Source: Desulfosoma sp. (GTDB lineage: Bacteria > Desulfobacterota > Syntrophobacteria > Syntrophobacterales > DSM-9756). From it: 64,000 nucleotides of DNA. Under the pieces are notes generated by a model, which made no database searches, had not been told where the DNA came from, and worked only from the letters and a program-made list of their open reading frames with translations. The stretch is from the NCBI GenBank assembly GCA_037481835.1, contig JBBFKW010000001.1, positions 75,403-139,402 of the forward strand, read 5' to 3'. Both the position numbers and the translations under genes were made by a program. This document shows positions 7,606 to 15,884 of the stretch, one piece after another (position 1 is the first letter of the stretch; each line of letters opens with the position of its first letter).

Positions 7606-9945
7606 TTACGGTTCCTGCGGGGCCTTGTAGCCACACCCCGGACGGGCACAGGCAACATATTTTTCACCTTTTTTTCCCGTTCTGCCCACCATGGCCGGCG
7701 AGCCGCACTGAGGGCACGTGCGCGCCGTCGGCCGGAACCACAGCACCACGTCGCAGTCGGGATAGCGGGAGCAGCCGTAAAATTTTCGGCCCGTCTTGGA
7801 AAGCCGTTCCACGATTTCCCCGTCGCAGCCTTCCCGGGGACACGGCACCCCCAGGCTCACCGGCCTTGTGTTCTTGCACCGCGGATACGCGCTGCAGGCG
7901 AGGAATTCCCCGTAGCGCCCTTTTTTCAAGACCATGGGACTGCCGCACTTGTCGCATACCTGCCCCGAAGGTTCCTGCTCCACGAGCTGGATCCGGCCCT
8001 TGTCATCCCGGCGGTAGTCGGACGTGAATCCGCATGAGGGCGCATTGCCGCACGCGAGGAAAGGGCCGGTTCGGCTGAACCGAATGTGCAAATCGCCCCC
8101 GCACCGGGGGCAGGAAACGCCCGTCGGGAGTCCCGCCACTTTCAGGTTCAGCATCTTCTTTTGGGCCTCGTTCAACGTTGCGCTGAAACGTTTGTAAAAT
8201 TCTTCCAAAACCGCAAGGTACGGGCATGTGCCGTTTTCCACTTCGTCCAGGCTCTTTTCCATCTTCGCCGTGAATTCCACATCGACGATTTCCGGAAAAT
8301 GGGCCGTGAGGAGATCGTTGATGAGCAGCCCCAGTTCCGTGGGAACGAGCTGCCTTTTACTCTCCTGCACGTATTCCCGATCCACGATGGTGGAAACGAT
8401 GGTCGCGTACGTGCTGGGCCGGCCGATACCGCGCTCTTCCAATTCCTTGATGAGGCTCGCTTCCGAATAGCGCGGCGGAGGCTGGGTGAAGTGCTGCTTG
8501 GGGATGAGCTTGTGAAGATCCAGCACCTGGCCTTCCGTGAGGGCCGGGAGGCGCCCTTCAGCCCCACCGTCTTTTTCGGAGGACTCCTCGTCTTCACTTT
8601 CCGTGTACAGGACCATGAAGCCGGGAAATTCCACGACGGATCCCGTGGCTCGAAAGAGATGGACCGTCCCGCCCTTCTTGTCGGCGTCTTGGGAGGCCCC
8701 CCCGGCGCCGGTCGGGCCGCCTTCGGGAACGGCTTGGATGGTCACCGTCGTCTGGGCGATGGCCGCAGGGCTCATCTGGCAGGCGACGAAACGCTTCCAG
8801 ATGAGGCTGTACAGGGCGAGTTCGTCCCGGGGGAGGAATGGCTCCAGGGATTCGGGAGTCCGGCTCACGTCGGTGGGTCGGATGGCCTCGTGGGCGTCCT
8901 GGGCACCGGACTTGGTCTTGTAGACGGCGGCTTTGGGCGGCACGTAAGGCGATCCGAACCTGTGCGCGATGTAGTCCCGAGCGGCCTTGACCGCCTCGTC
9001 GGCAAGGCGCGTGGAGTCGGTGCGCATGTAGGTGATGAGACCCACGGCCCCTTCGTCGCCGATTTCCACGCCTTCGTAGAGGCGCTGGGCCACGCGCATG
9101 GTTTTCTTGGCCGAAAAGCGCAGCCTGCGGGCGGCATCCTGCTGCAACGTGCTGGTGATGAAAGGAGGCGGCGCGTTTTTCCGGCGCTGCTTGCGCTCCA
9201 CGGTAAGCACCCGGAAAAGGTTTCCTTCCAGGGCCTTGAGCACCGCCGCGGTGTGCTCCTCGGAACGCAGATCGCACTTCTTGGAGCCGATGCGCCACAG
9301 CTTGGCTTCGAAAAGGTCGGCCTTGTCCTTCGTGCGGTCGTCGCGCCGCGGCGAAAGCTGGGCCGTGATGGTCCAGTATTCTTCGGGGACGAAGCGCTGG
9401 ATGTCCCGTTCCCGTTCGCAGATGAGCCGCAGGGCCACGGATTGGACACGACCGGCGCTCAGGCCGCGCTTCACCTTTTCCCAGAGGATGGGGGAAATGA
9501 GGTAGCCGACGAGCCGATCCAGGATGCGCCGCGCCTGCTGGGCGTCGTAGAGGTTCTGGTTCAACCGCCCCGGATTTTGCAAGGCTTCGCGGATGGCTTT
9601 CGGGGTCAGCTCGTAGAACAGCACCCGATACAGGGGCTTGCCGTCGATTTTGAGTTCTTCGGCGATGTGCCAGGCGATGGCCTCCCCTTCCCGATCCGGG
9701 TCCGGGCCCAGGTAGACGGCCTGGGCTTTGGCGGCGGCGTCGCTCAGTTCCTTGAGCACCTTTTTCTTGGTGCGCAGGACCTGGTACTCGGCCTTGAACC
9801 GGTTTTCCACGTCGATCCCTAGCTTGGCCTTGGGAAGATCCTTGACGTGGCCGACGGAGGCTTTCACGATAAAATCCTTCCCCAGGTATCGGGTGAGCGT
9901 CTTGGCCTTTGTCGGACTTTCCACGATCAGAAGCGATGGCGCCAT
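7606..9945 (-). CDS. topA: DNA topoisomerase I
   Basis: IVESPTKAKT, DPDREGEAI, SAGRVQS, ITYMRTDS, GIGRPSTY, C-terminal Zn ribbons. Confidence 0.98.
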   Translation of the reverse strand: MAPSLLIVESPTKAKTLTRYLGKDFIVKASVGHVKDLPKAKLGIDVENRFKAEYQVLRTKKKVLKELSDAAAKAQAVYLGPDPDREGEAIAWHIAEELKIDGKPLYRVLFYELTPKAIREALQNPGRLNQNLYDAQQARRILDRLVGYLISPILWEKVKRGLSAGRVQSVALRLICERERDIQRFVPEEYWTITAQLSPRRDDRTKDKADLFEAKLWRIGSKKCDLRSEEHTAAVLKALEGNLFRVLTVERKQRRKNAPPPFITSTLQQDAARRLRFSAKKTMRVAQRLYEGVEIGDEGAVGLITYMRTDSTRLADEAVKAARDYIAHRFGSPYVPPKAAVYKTKSGAQDAHEAIRPTDVSRTPESLEPFLPRDELALYSLIWKRFVACQMSPAAIAQTTVTIQAVPEGGPTGAGGASQDADKKGGTVHLFRATGSVVEFPGFMVLYTESEDEESSEKDGGAEGRLPALTEGQVLDLHKLIPKQHFTQPPPRYSEASLIKELEERGIGRPSTYATIVSTIVDREYVQESKRQLVPTELGLLINDLLTAHFPEIVDVEFTAKMEKSLDEVENGTCPYLAVLEEFYKRFSATLNEAQKKMLNLKVAGLPTGVSCPRCGGDLHIRFSRTGPFLACGNAPSCGFTSDYRRDDKGRIQLVEQEPSGQVCDKCGSPMVLKKGRYGEFLACSAYPRCKNTRPVSLGVPCPREGCDGEIVERLSKTGRKFYGCSRYPDCDVVLWFRPTARTCPQCGSPAMVGRTGKKGEKYVACARPGCGYKAPQEP

Positions 9946-10038
9946 TCTTCCTCCGCTGATGTGCCGTCATTTCTTCATTCGGCAGATCCCATGAAGTTCT
10001 GAAATGAATTCGCCCGCCCTCCGGGCGGCCCCGTCATG

Positions 10039-11187
10039 CTACGAAAGCCGCATAAAATACTTGCCGGGCATCTGCCGCACAAGCCCTTTGATTTCCAGGG
10101 CCGTGAGGGCGGCCGTGACCGCAGGGACCGTCAGCCCGCTTTGCGCGCACAGCCGGTCCACGTGGACGGGGTCTTTGCCCAAGAGCCCCAAAACGGTTTT
10201 TTCCACCGGGGAAAGATCATGTTCCATGGGGCTTTTTTCGGGATCGGATCGGCCTGCGCCGGCCGGAGGTGAAGCGGCCGAGGGCGTCCCGCTGGGGCGG
10301 ATCATGGGCCTGAGGTGTTCGAGGATATCGTCGGCACTTTCCATGAGAACCGCTCCTTGGCGGAGCAGAAGGTGCGGCCCGAGACTCCGGATATTTCCGG
10401 CCGCTCCGGGGACGGCGAACACCTCCCGGCCCTGTTCCAAGGCGCACCGGGCCGTGATGAGCGACCCGCTCTTGGCGGTGGCCTCAACGACGACCACGCC
10501 GAGGGCCAGGCCGCTGAGAATGCGGTTTCTCTGGGGAAAATGGCCGGCGAGGGGCGGTGTGCCCAGAGGAAATTCGGTCAAAAAACCGCCGTGGGCCATG
10601 ACGGCGGCCCGCAGGTCGGCGTTGGGCCGAGGATACAGGACATCCAGCCCGCAGCCCAAAACCGCCAGCGTGCGCCCGCCGCCTCGGATCGCCCCGCGAT
10701 GGGCGGCGCTGTCGATCCCGAGGGCGAAGCCGCTCACCACGGTGACCCCTCGCCGCGCAAGATCCGCGCACAGCCGTTCCGTAAAGATGAGGCCCATGGG
10801 GGACGCCGACCGGGATCCCACCACGGCAACGGATACGAGATCCCGGGGCTCGGGAGCGCTCGTCACATAGAGGACCGCGGGAGGATCGGCGATGTTTTTC
10901 AAATTGTCGGGATAGTCGGGATCGCCGAGACACACGAGCCCCCAACCCTGGGCACGCAGGTCCCGCCATTCGTCGTCGACGGCTCGGGTGGTTCTCCCGG
11001 CGGCGAGGGCCTCTTGAGCCTCCCGGCGAAGGCCCGGCACCGCGGCCGCCGCTTGGATCCGATCCGCGCACACCGCCTCGGGAGACCCGAAGCGCGTGAT
11101 GAGCTTCAGGAGGGAGACATTGCCCAGCCCGGGCGTGAGTTTCAAAGTGAGCCACGCTCGGGTGTTTTCGTCCAGCTCGGTTCGCAC
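10039..11187 (-). CDS. dprA: DNA-processing protein DprA; start placed at GTG 11187
   Basis: VAVVGSR, VVSGFALGID, FPQRNRILSGL, SGSLITA, GREVFAVPG; conserved dprA-topA order. Confidence 0.95.
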   Translation of the reverse strand: MRTELDENTRAWLTLKLTPGLGNVSLLKLITRFGSPEAVCADRIQAAAAVPGLRREAQEALAAGRTTRAVDDEWRDLRAQGWGLVCLGDPDYPDNLKNIADPPAVLYVTSAPEPRDLVSVAVVGSRSASPMGLIFTERLCADLARRGVTVVSGFALGIDSAAHRGAIRGGGRTLAVLGCGLDVLYPRPNADLRAAVMAHGGFLTEFPLGTPPLAGHFPQRNRILSGLALGVVVVEATAKSGSLITARCALEQGREVFAVPGAAGNIRSLGPHLLLRQGAVLMESADDILEHLRPMIRPSGTPSAASPPAGAGRSDPEKSPMEHDLSPVEKTVLGLLGKDPVHVDRLCAQSGLTVPAVTAALTALEIKGLVRQMPGKYFMRLS

Positions 11188-11324
11188 GGCCTTCCCGTCC
11201 TTGGGCCTTCCCCCGCTCCGGCGCCCATCCCCGAGGCCGCCTTGGGGCGTCTCGCCGTTCGTGCGGGTCGGTGCCATGGCCCCGGGATGTTGGGGTGCGC
11301 TGCGCGCCGTTGGCTCGGCCCCGG

Positions 11325-11356
11325 TGTTGGGGTTCGCTGCGCTCACCCCAACCTAC
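11325..11356 (-). repeat. GTAG-type REP-like palindrome, copy 1
   Basis: tgttggggttcgctgcgctcaccccaacctac; 31/32 identical copy at 53643; degenerate partial copy at about 11288. Confidence 0.75.
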
Positions 11357-11467
11357 ATCGTGGCAGGGCCTTCCTCAAGTCCCCCATGAGCCGCCCGCCC
11401 CGCAAAATTTTCTCAAGGATCCGCCCCCTCCTGCCGATCCTTAAAGTGAACGCTTCAGAACGTCGCG

Positions 11468-11553
11468 TTTCCGAAAGGGCAAACCCGCCGTGAGGCGGGG
11501 GCGCAAAGCCACGGGTCCCGGAACACGCCGGGATAGCCGGGCTGCCGAAGAAA
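11468..11553 (+). promoter_or_regulatory. Cyclic di-GMP-I (GEMM) riboswitch
   Basis: AAAGGGCAAACCCGCC-GTGA-GGCGGGGGCGCAAAGCCACGGGTCCCGG...CCGGGATAGCCGGGCTGCCGA matches the GEMM-I consensus (GGCAAACC, GNRA loop, GCAAAG, AGC.GG.TGCC); about 90 nt upstream of the protease. Confidence 0.92.
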
Positions 11554-11640
11554 CGGGACCATTTCCTTCCATCCTCGGAAGTCAGTCCCTCCCGTTTCTT
11601 CCCCCTTTCCTTACCGAGCACGGTTTCGAGGAGGTGTATC

Positions 11641-13539
11641 ATGTCGGGAGGGAGACGTCCGTCCCAAGGCGCTCGTGCGTCCTTTGCGCGCCGCATCCGC
11701 TGCATCCTGGATTTTTCTTGGAGAAGGCCCGCTCTGGCCTTCGCCCTCATCGTCTTTTCCACCCTTTTGGGGCCCCCAGGCTGGGCCGCTCCGGCCGGCC
11801 TGAAGATTTCCCCCGGCTTTTCCGCGCTGCCCAACGTCCGCGCATCCCTCTCGGCCCCGGCGGCGCAGAGCACGGGACGATTGCTGGTGCGGCCTCGGGC
11901 CGACGTGAGCGAAGAAGCACTGGATCGGATCTTTTCCGCCGAAGGGGTGCGGCGCCTCGCTTCCTTGCGCCGAAGCGGCATGCACGTGGTGTCGGTGCCC
12001 CCCCACCTGGAGGCGGCGGTCGCCCGGGCCCTGTCCCTGCATTCGGAAATCGCCTACGCCGAACCCGACGCCCTGGTGGCTCCCCAAGCCGCTGTCCCCA
12101 ATGACCCCTTGTATCCCTATCAGTGGCATCTGCCGGTGATGGAAGTCCCCACGGCGTGGGATTACGGCACGGGGGAATCCGTCGTGGTGGCCGTTTTGGA
12201 CACGGGCGTGGACGGCACCCACCCGGATCTCGCGGCGTCCCTGGTCCCCGGCTGGAACGTCTACGACGGCACCGCCGACACCTCCGACGTCTACGGGCAT
12301 GGAACCGAGGTGGCCGGCGTCATCGCGGCGGCGGCCGGAAACGGCGTGGGAAGCGCCGGCATCGCCCCGGGAGCGCTCATCATGCCCGTGCGGATCAGTC
12401 GCCCGGACGGGTTGGCCTATCTCAGCACCATCGCCGAAGGCCTCGTGTGGGCGGCCGATCACGGGGCTCGCGTGGCCAACGTGAGCTACATGGTGAGCGG
12501 GAGCGCGGCGGTGTCCGAGGCGGCCTGGTATTTCCGGCGCAAGGGCGGCTTGGTTTTCGCGTCGGCGGGAAACACGGGAACGTACGAATCCTTGAATCCC
12601 AACCCGGCCATCATCGATGTGGCGGCCACGACCCCCGGGGACGCCCGTGCGGACTGGTCCAGCTACGGCACCTACGTGGACCTGGCGGCGCCCGGGGAAA
12701 ATATCGTGACGACGACCCGGGGAGGCGGCTACGCCGCGGTTTCCGGGACGTCCTTTTCCGCTCCGGCCGCCGCGGCCGCCGCGGCCTTGCTCTTTTCCGC
12801 CAATCCGTCGCTTTCCGCCGACCAGGCGGAAGGGCTCCTGAAAGGCACCGCGCTGGACATGGGCATTCCCGGGCCGGATCCCTATTACGGTTTCGGGCGC
12901 CTCCAGGCGGCCCACGCCGTTGTCGCCGCGCGGGAAACCCCAAGCCAGGACGCCCAGCCTCCCCGGGTGGCCGTGACATGGCAGTTCCTGGACGGCGAAG
13001 TGGGCCAAGCCCTGCTGGTCGGCGTGCAGGCGGAAGACGACGTCATCGTCTCCCGCGTGGCCCTCTACGCCAACGGGGCCCTGGTGGGCGAAGCGCCCCT
13101 GCCCCTTTATGTGTTCCTCCTGGATGCAACCGTATTCGGCCAAGGGCCCCTGACCTTGACGGCCAAAGCGTGGGACGCGGCAGGCCATGAAGCCGGCTCC
13201 GAACCCGTCACCGTGATGCTGGCACATCACGCCGAGCCCCTGGCCGCGCCGGCTCCCGGGGTGATCATCACCGCTCCGGCCGGCGGCGCCCAGGTCTCCG
13301 GCAAAGCCCTCATCACCATGGAGGCGGCCCCGAACACGCAGATCGTGGGCATCCAGTGCATCGTGGACGGCGAACTCAAAGCCACCGTGATCGGGCCGAG
13401 CCTGCGCTACCCCTGGGATACGTCCAAGGCGGCCGCGGGCCCCCATGACATCACGGCGGTGGCCCTGGATTCGGCGGGCAAGGTGCGTCGCACCACCATC
13501 ACGGTCTTCACGGAAGGAAACCCCGATGGGAAACCATAG
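11641..13539 (+). CDS. Secreted S8 (subtilisin-like) serine protease with C-terminal Ig-like domains
   Basis: Triad motifs VAVLDTG, HGTEVAG, GTSFSAP; hydrophobic N-terminal signal; two Big-like domains. Confidence 0.93.
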   Translation: MSGGRRPSQGARASFARRIRCILDFSWRRPALAFALIVFSTLLGPPGWAAPAGLKISPGFSALPNVRASLSAPAAQSTGRLLVRPRADVSEEALDRIFSAEGVRRLASLRRSGMHVVSVPPHLEAAVARALSLHSEIAYAEPDALVAPQAAVPNDPLYPYQWHLPVMEVPTAWDYGTGESVVVAVLDTGVDGTHPDLAASLVPGWNVYDGTADTSDVYGHGTEVAGVIAAAAGNGVGSAGIAPGALIMPVRISRPDGLAYLSTIAEGLVWAADHGARVANVSYMVSGSAAVSEAAWYFRRKGGLVFASAGNTGTYESLNPNPAIIDVAATTPGDARADWSSYGTYVDLAAPGENIVTTTRGGGYAAVSGTSFSAPAAAAAAALLFSANPSLSADQAEGLLKGTALDMGIPGPDPYYGFGRLQAAHAVVAARETPSQDAQPPRVAVTWQFLDGEVGQALLVGVQAEDDVIVSRVALYANGALVGEAPLPLYVFLLDATVFGQGPLTLTAKAWDAAGHEAGSEPVTVMLAHHAEPLAAPAPGVIITAPAGGAQVSGKALITMEAAPNTQIVGIQCIVDGELKATVIGPSLRYPWDTSKAAAGPHDITAVALDSAGKVRRTTITVFTEGNPDGKP

Positions 13540-13644
13540 GCGGCGGCGAAGGGGTTCGCCGGGCGGGAAGGAGGGCGGCGCCGAGGGCGCGGGGAGCGGC
13601 AAAGCCCTCGGCGGCCCCTGGGATCTCAAGGAGGCGGGAAAAGC

Positions 13645-14262
13645 TTAGGGCTGCCCGTGCGGGCCGTACATGCCCAATCCCGGTCCCACGGGACTCTTGT
13701 ACAGGAGGCCGTGAGCGCCCTGGGCCGGATCGTTATAGACTTCCTGGATGATCGCAAAATCTCCCCAAATTTGCCGGCCGATTTCGGTTCCGTCGGCACT
13801 AAGCCAGGTGCCGTTTTCGAGAACGGCATCGGAAGGGACGGCGACGATCTTGACAAAATAGGTCCACTTGCGGAGTTTTCCATTCACGTCCACCCAGCCG
13901 GATTGATGATTGGTCAGCCACGCCCCGGACCCCTTGTAGGAATCGTAGCCGTAATGGCGATCCAACAAGCCGTCGCCGTCGCAATCCTTGTTGCTGAGCC
14001 ACGCGTCGTTCCATTTCATGATGAGCTCGATATCTTTGTAGGGTTGGCACCACGACGCATCAAAATAAGCGTCGCAATAGGTTCCGTTGAACATGTGGGC
14101 CTGGTAATTGTAGCCCCAGTCGTCGAAGCCCACCGTGACGAGACTTCCATCGTCGGCATACAAGGTCCCGTCTTGGATGGTGGTGCATTTCTGGGCCTGA
14201 GCCAGGCCCGCCAATCCCACGAGGACTCCCAGCGCCAAAGCCGCCATGAACTTTCTTTTCAT
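13645..14262 (-). CDS. Secreted hypothetical protein
   Basis: AGGAG RBS; Sec signal MKRKFMAALALGVLVGLAGLAQA; EF-hand-like DCDGDGLLD. Confidence 0.8.
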   Translation of the reverse strand: MKRKFMAALALGVLVGLAGLAQAQKCTTIQDGTLYADDGSLVTVGFDDWGYNYQAHMFNGTYCDAYFDASWCQPYKDIELIMKWNDAWLSNKDCDGDGLLDRHYGYDSYKGSGAWLTNHQSGWVDVNGKLRKWTYFVKIVAVPSDAVLENGTWLSADGTEIGRQIWGDFAIIQEVYNDPAQGAHGLLYKSPVGPGLGMYGPHGQP

Positions 14263-14450
14263 CGCTTTCTCCTTCTTGGTGGTGTGGCCGATCGGATGGT
14301 TCGGTGCGAAAAATCCGGCGTGAGTTTTCGTCTGCCCCGTGCCTGTGCCTCACCTCCTTTCCCCGAATTCGTTTGGGACGCACTCGAAGGGTTCCATCGG
14401 CAGGGCCCGCACCAAACTTGAAGGATTTTTTCAACGCGGATTCTTCCTCC

Positions 14451-14501
14451 GCGCCTTGGTGTGAGATTTTTTTTCTCACGCCAAGGCGCAAAGGCGCAAA
14501 G
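14451..14501. repeat. GGCGCAAA-periodic palindromic repeat, downstream of GxxExxY
   Basis: gcgccttggtgtgaga-T7-tctcacgccaaggcgcaaaggcgcaaag. Confidence 0.85.
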
Positions 14502-14533
14502 AGGCCAAGAGAAAATCGCTTTCGCGCGAAAAC

Positions 14534-14926
14534 CTAACTCTCCAGGCGGTTCACCACCCGGAAAATTCCGTCTTTCAGGAGCACCGCCCCGAAGTTGATG
14601 AGAAGTCCCAGGCGCAGGTCCGCCAGCCGAAGGTAGGTGAGCAGCTGCTTGTGGTGGACCGGCTGGACCGTCTCCACCGATTTCAGCTCCACGATCACCT
14701 TCTGTTCCACCACCAGGTCGGCTCGAAAGGCGTCAGCAAGCACCAGCTCGTCGTAGCGGATGGCGATGGGCACCTCACTTTGGACGGAAAGCCCGCGCTT
14801 TTTGAGCTCATGGGCCAAGACGGCCTGGTAGACCGATTCCAAAAGGCCGGGGCCCAAAGCTCGGTGCACCTGCAGCGCGGCATCCACCACCACTTTGGCG
14901 ATGTCGTTTTCGTGAAGACCCCTCAT
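14534..14926 (-). CDS. GxxExxY protein (PD-(D/E)XK-like nuclease family)
   Basis: HRALGPGLLESVYQ, FRADLVVEQKVIVELKSVE, QLLTYLRL, GLLINFG. Confidence 0.93.
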   Translation of the reverse strand: MRGLHENDIAKVVVDAALQVHRALGPGLLESVYQAVLAHELKKRGLSVQSEVPIAIRYDELVLADAFRADLVVEQKVIVELKSVETVQPVHHKQLLTYLRLADLRLGLLINFGAVLLKDGIFRVVNRLES

Positions 14927-14941
14927 CCCCCAATTCCTTTC

Positions 14942-15004
14942 CTTTGCGCCTTTGCGCCTTTGCGTGAGATCTTATTTCTCACGCCAAGGCGCAAAGGCGC
15001 AAAG
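14942..15004. repeat. GGCGCAAA-periodic palindrome, upstream of GxxExxY
   Basis: ctttgcgcctttgcgcctttgcgtgaga-tcttatt-tctcacgccaaggcgcaaaggcgcaaag; arms 27/28 complementary. Confidence 0.9.
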
Positions 15005-15071
15005 AGAAAAACTCTTCAGGCGGTTCACCTCCTTCATGGCGTGACCGTCCCCGCGCCTCCGCGTGACCCCT

Positions 15072-15848
15072 TCAATGATCCGGGGAGGCGGCGCACAGGA
15101 GGATCTCCCTCAAGCTTCGGGAAATCCACAGCATCTTGGGGTTATCGGCGGGAAGCTTCCCCCGAAGGGCGTAGACGGCCCCTTCGGCCAGGCTCCCCCA
15201 GAGCTTGAGCATTTCGTTGTAGAGGATTTTTCGGTTTCGGAAAACGTAGGCGGGAACGGACGGGGACCCGTCGGTCACGGCATGGAGCGCGATGTCCACG
15301 CCGGATCCCCAGGTGAGGGCTTTCAGCAGGAGGTAGGAGCGCGGGGCGTGGTAGGCGGAGGTCACCAGGATGACGCGCTTCAGGCCGTGATCCCGGATGA
15401 TCTCCCGGCAGAGGAGGGCGTTTTCGAAGGTGGTTCGGGCCCGGGGTTCGGGAAGAACCGCATCGGGCGGAAGGGGGCCGAATCTTTGGGCGTAAGCGCT
15501 AAGCTGCGCCGGGAGGGCGGGAGAAACGGCGATCTTCGGGGCGGCGCCGCTTCGAACGAGATCCCAGCCCGCTTGGATCCTCTTGGCGGCCCCGGCGAAA
15601 ACGACCACGGCATCGGCCTTCCCGGGGACGTTCCCGATCCCGAGAAGGCTGACAAAGAGCGCCCCTTCCAGGGCGAAAAGCAGGGCGAGAATCCCGAGAA
15701 GCCGCCCGGCGGACAAAACCCCCGCCCGAAAAGCCCCGCCGCCTCTCTTCCTCTCACCCCAAATGAAGAGCCCCTCCTTTGCGCCTTGGCGTCTTTGCGC
15801 GAGGCCTTTTTTCTCCCGCCAAGCCGCCAAGCACGCCAAGAAAAGCAT
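15072..15848 (-). CDS. YdcF/ElyC (DUF218) family protein; true start uncertain because the N-terminus runs through a repeat
   Basis: ADAVVVFAG, EPRARTTFENA, ILVTSAYHAPRS. Confidence 0.8.
   Translation of the reverse strand: MLFLACLAAWREKKGLAQRRQGAKEGLFIWGERKRGGGAFRAGVLSAGRLLGILALLFALEGALFVSLLGIGNVPGKADAVVVFAGAAKRIQAGWDLVRSGAAPKIAVSPALPAQLSAYAQRFGPLPPDAVLPEPRARTTFENALLCREIIRDHGLKRVILVTSAYHAPRSYLLLKALTWGSGVDIALHAVTDGSPSVPAYVFRNRKILYNEMLKLWGSLAEGAVYALRGKLPADNPKMLWISRSLREILLCAASPDH
15777..15840. repeat. Same palindromic repeat family, degenerate pair
   Basis: ctttgcgccttggcgtctttgcgcgag...tcccgccaagccgccaagcacgccaag. Confidence 0.8.
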
Positions 15849-15884
15849 TTTTTGTACTGCTGATCATCCCTGCGCGAACCCTTT

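Noticed and set aside
11188..11346. N-terminal extension of DprA given by the ORF track
   Set aside because: It runs through a REP element, and DprA similarity begins at about GTG 11187.
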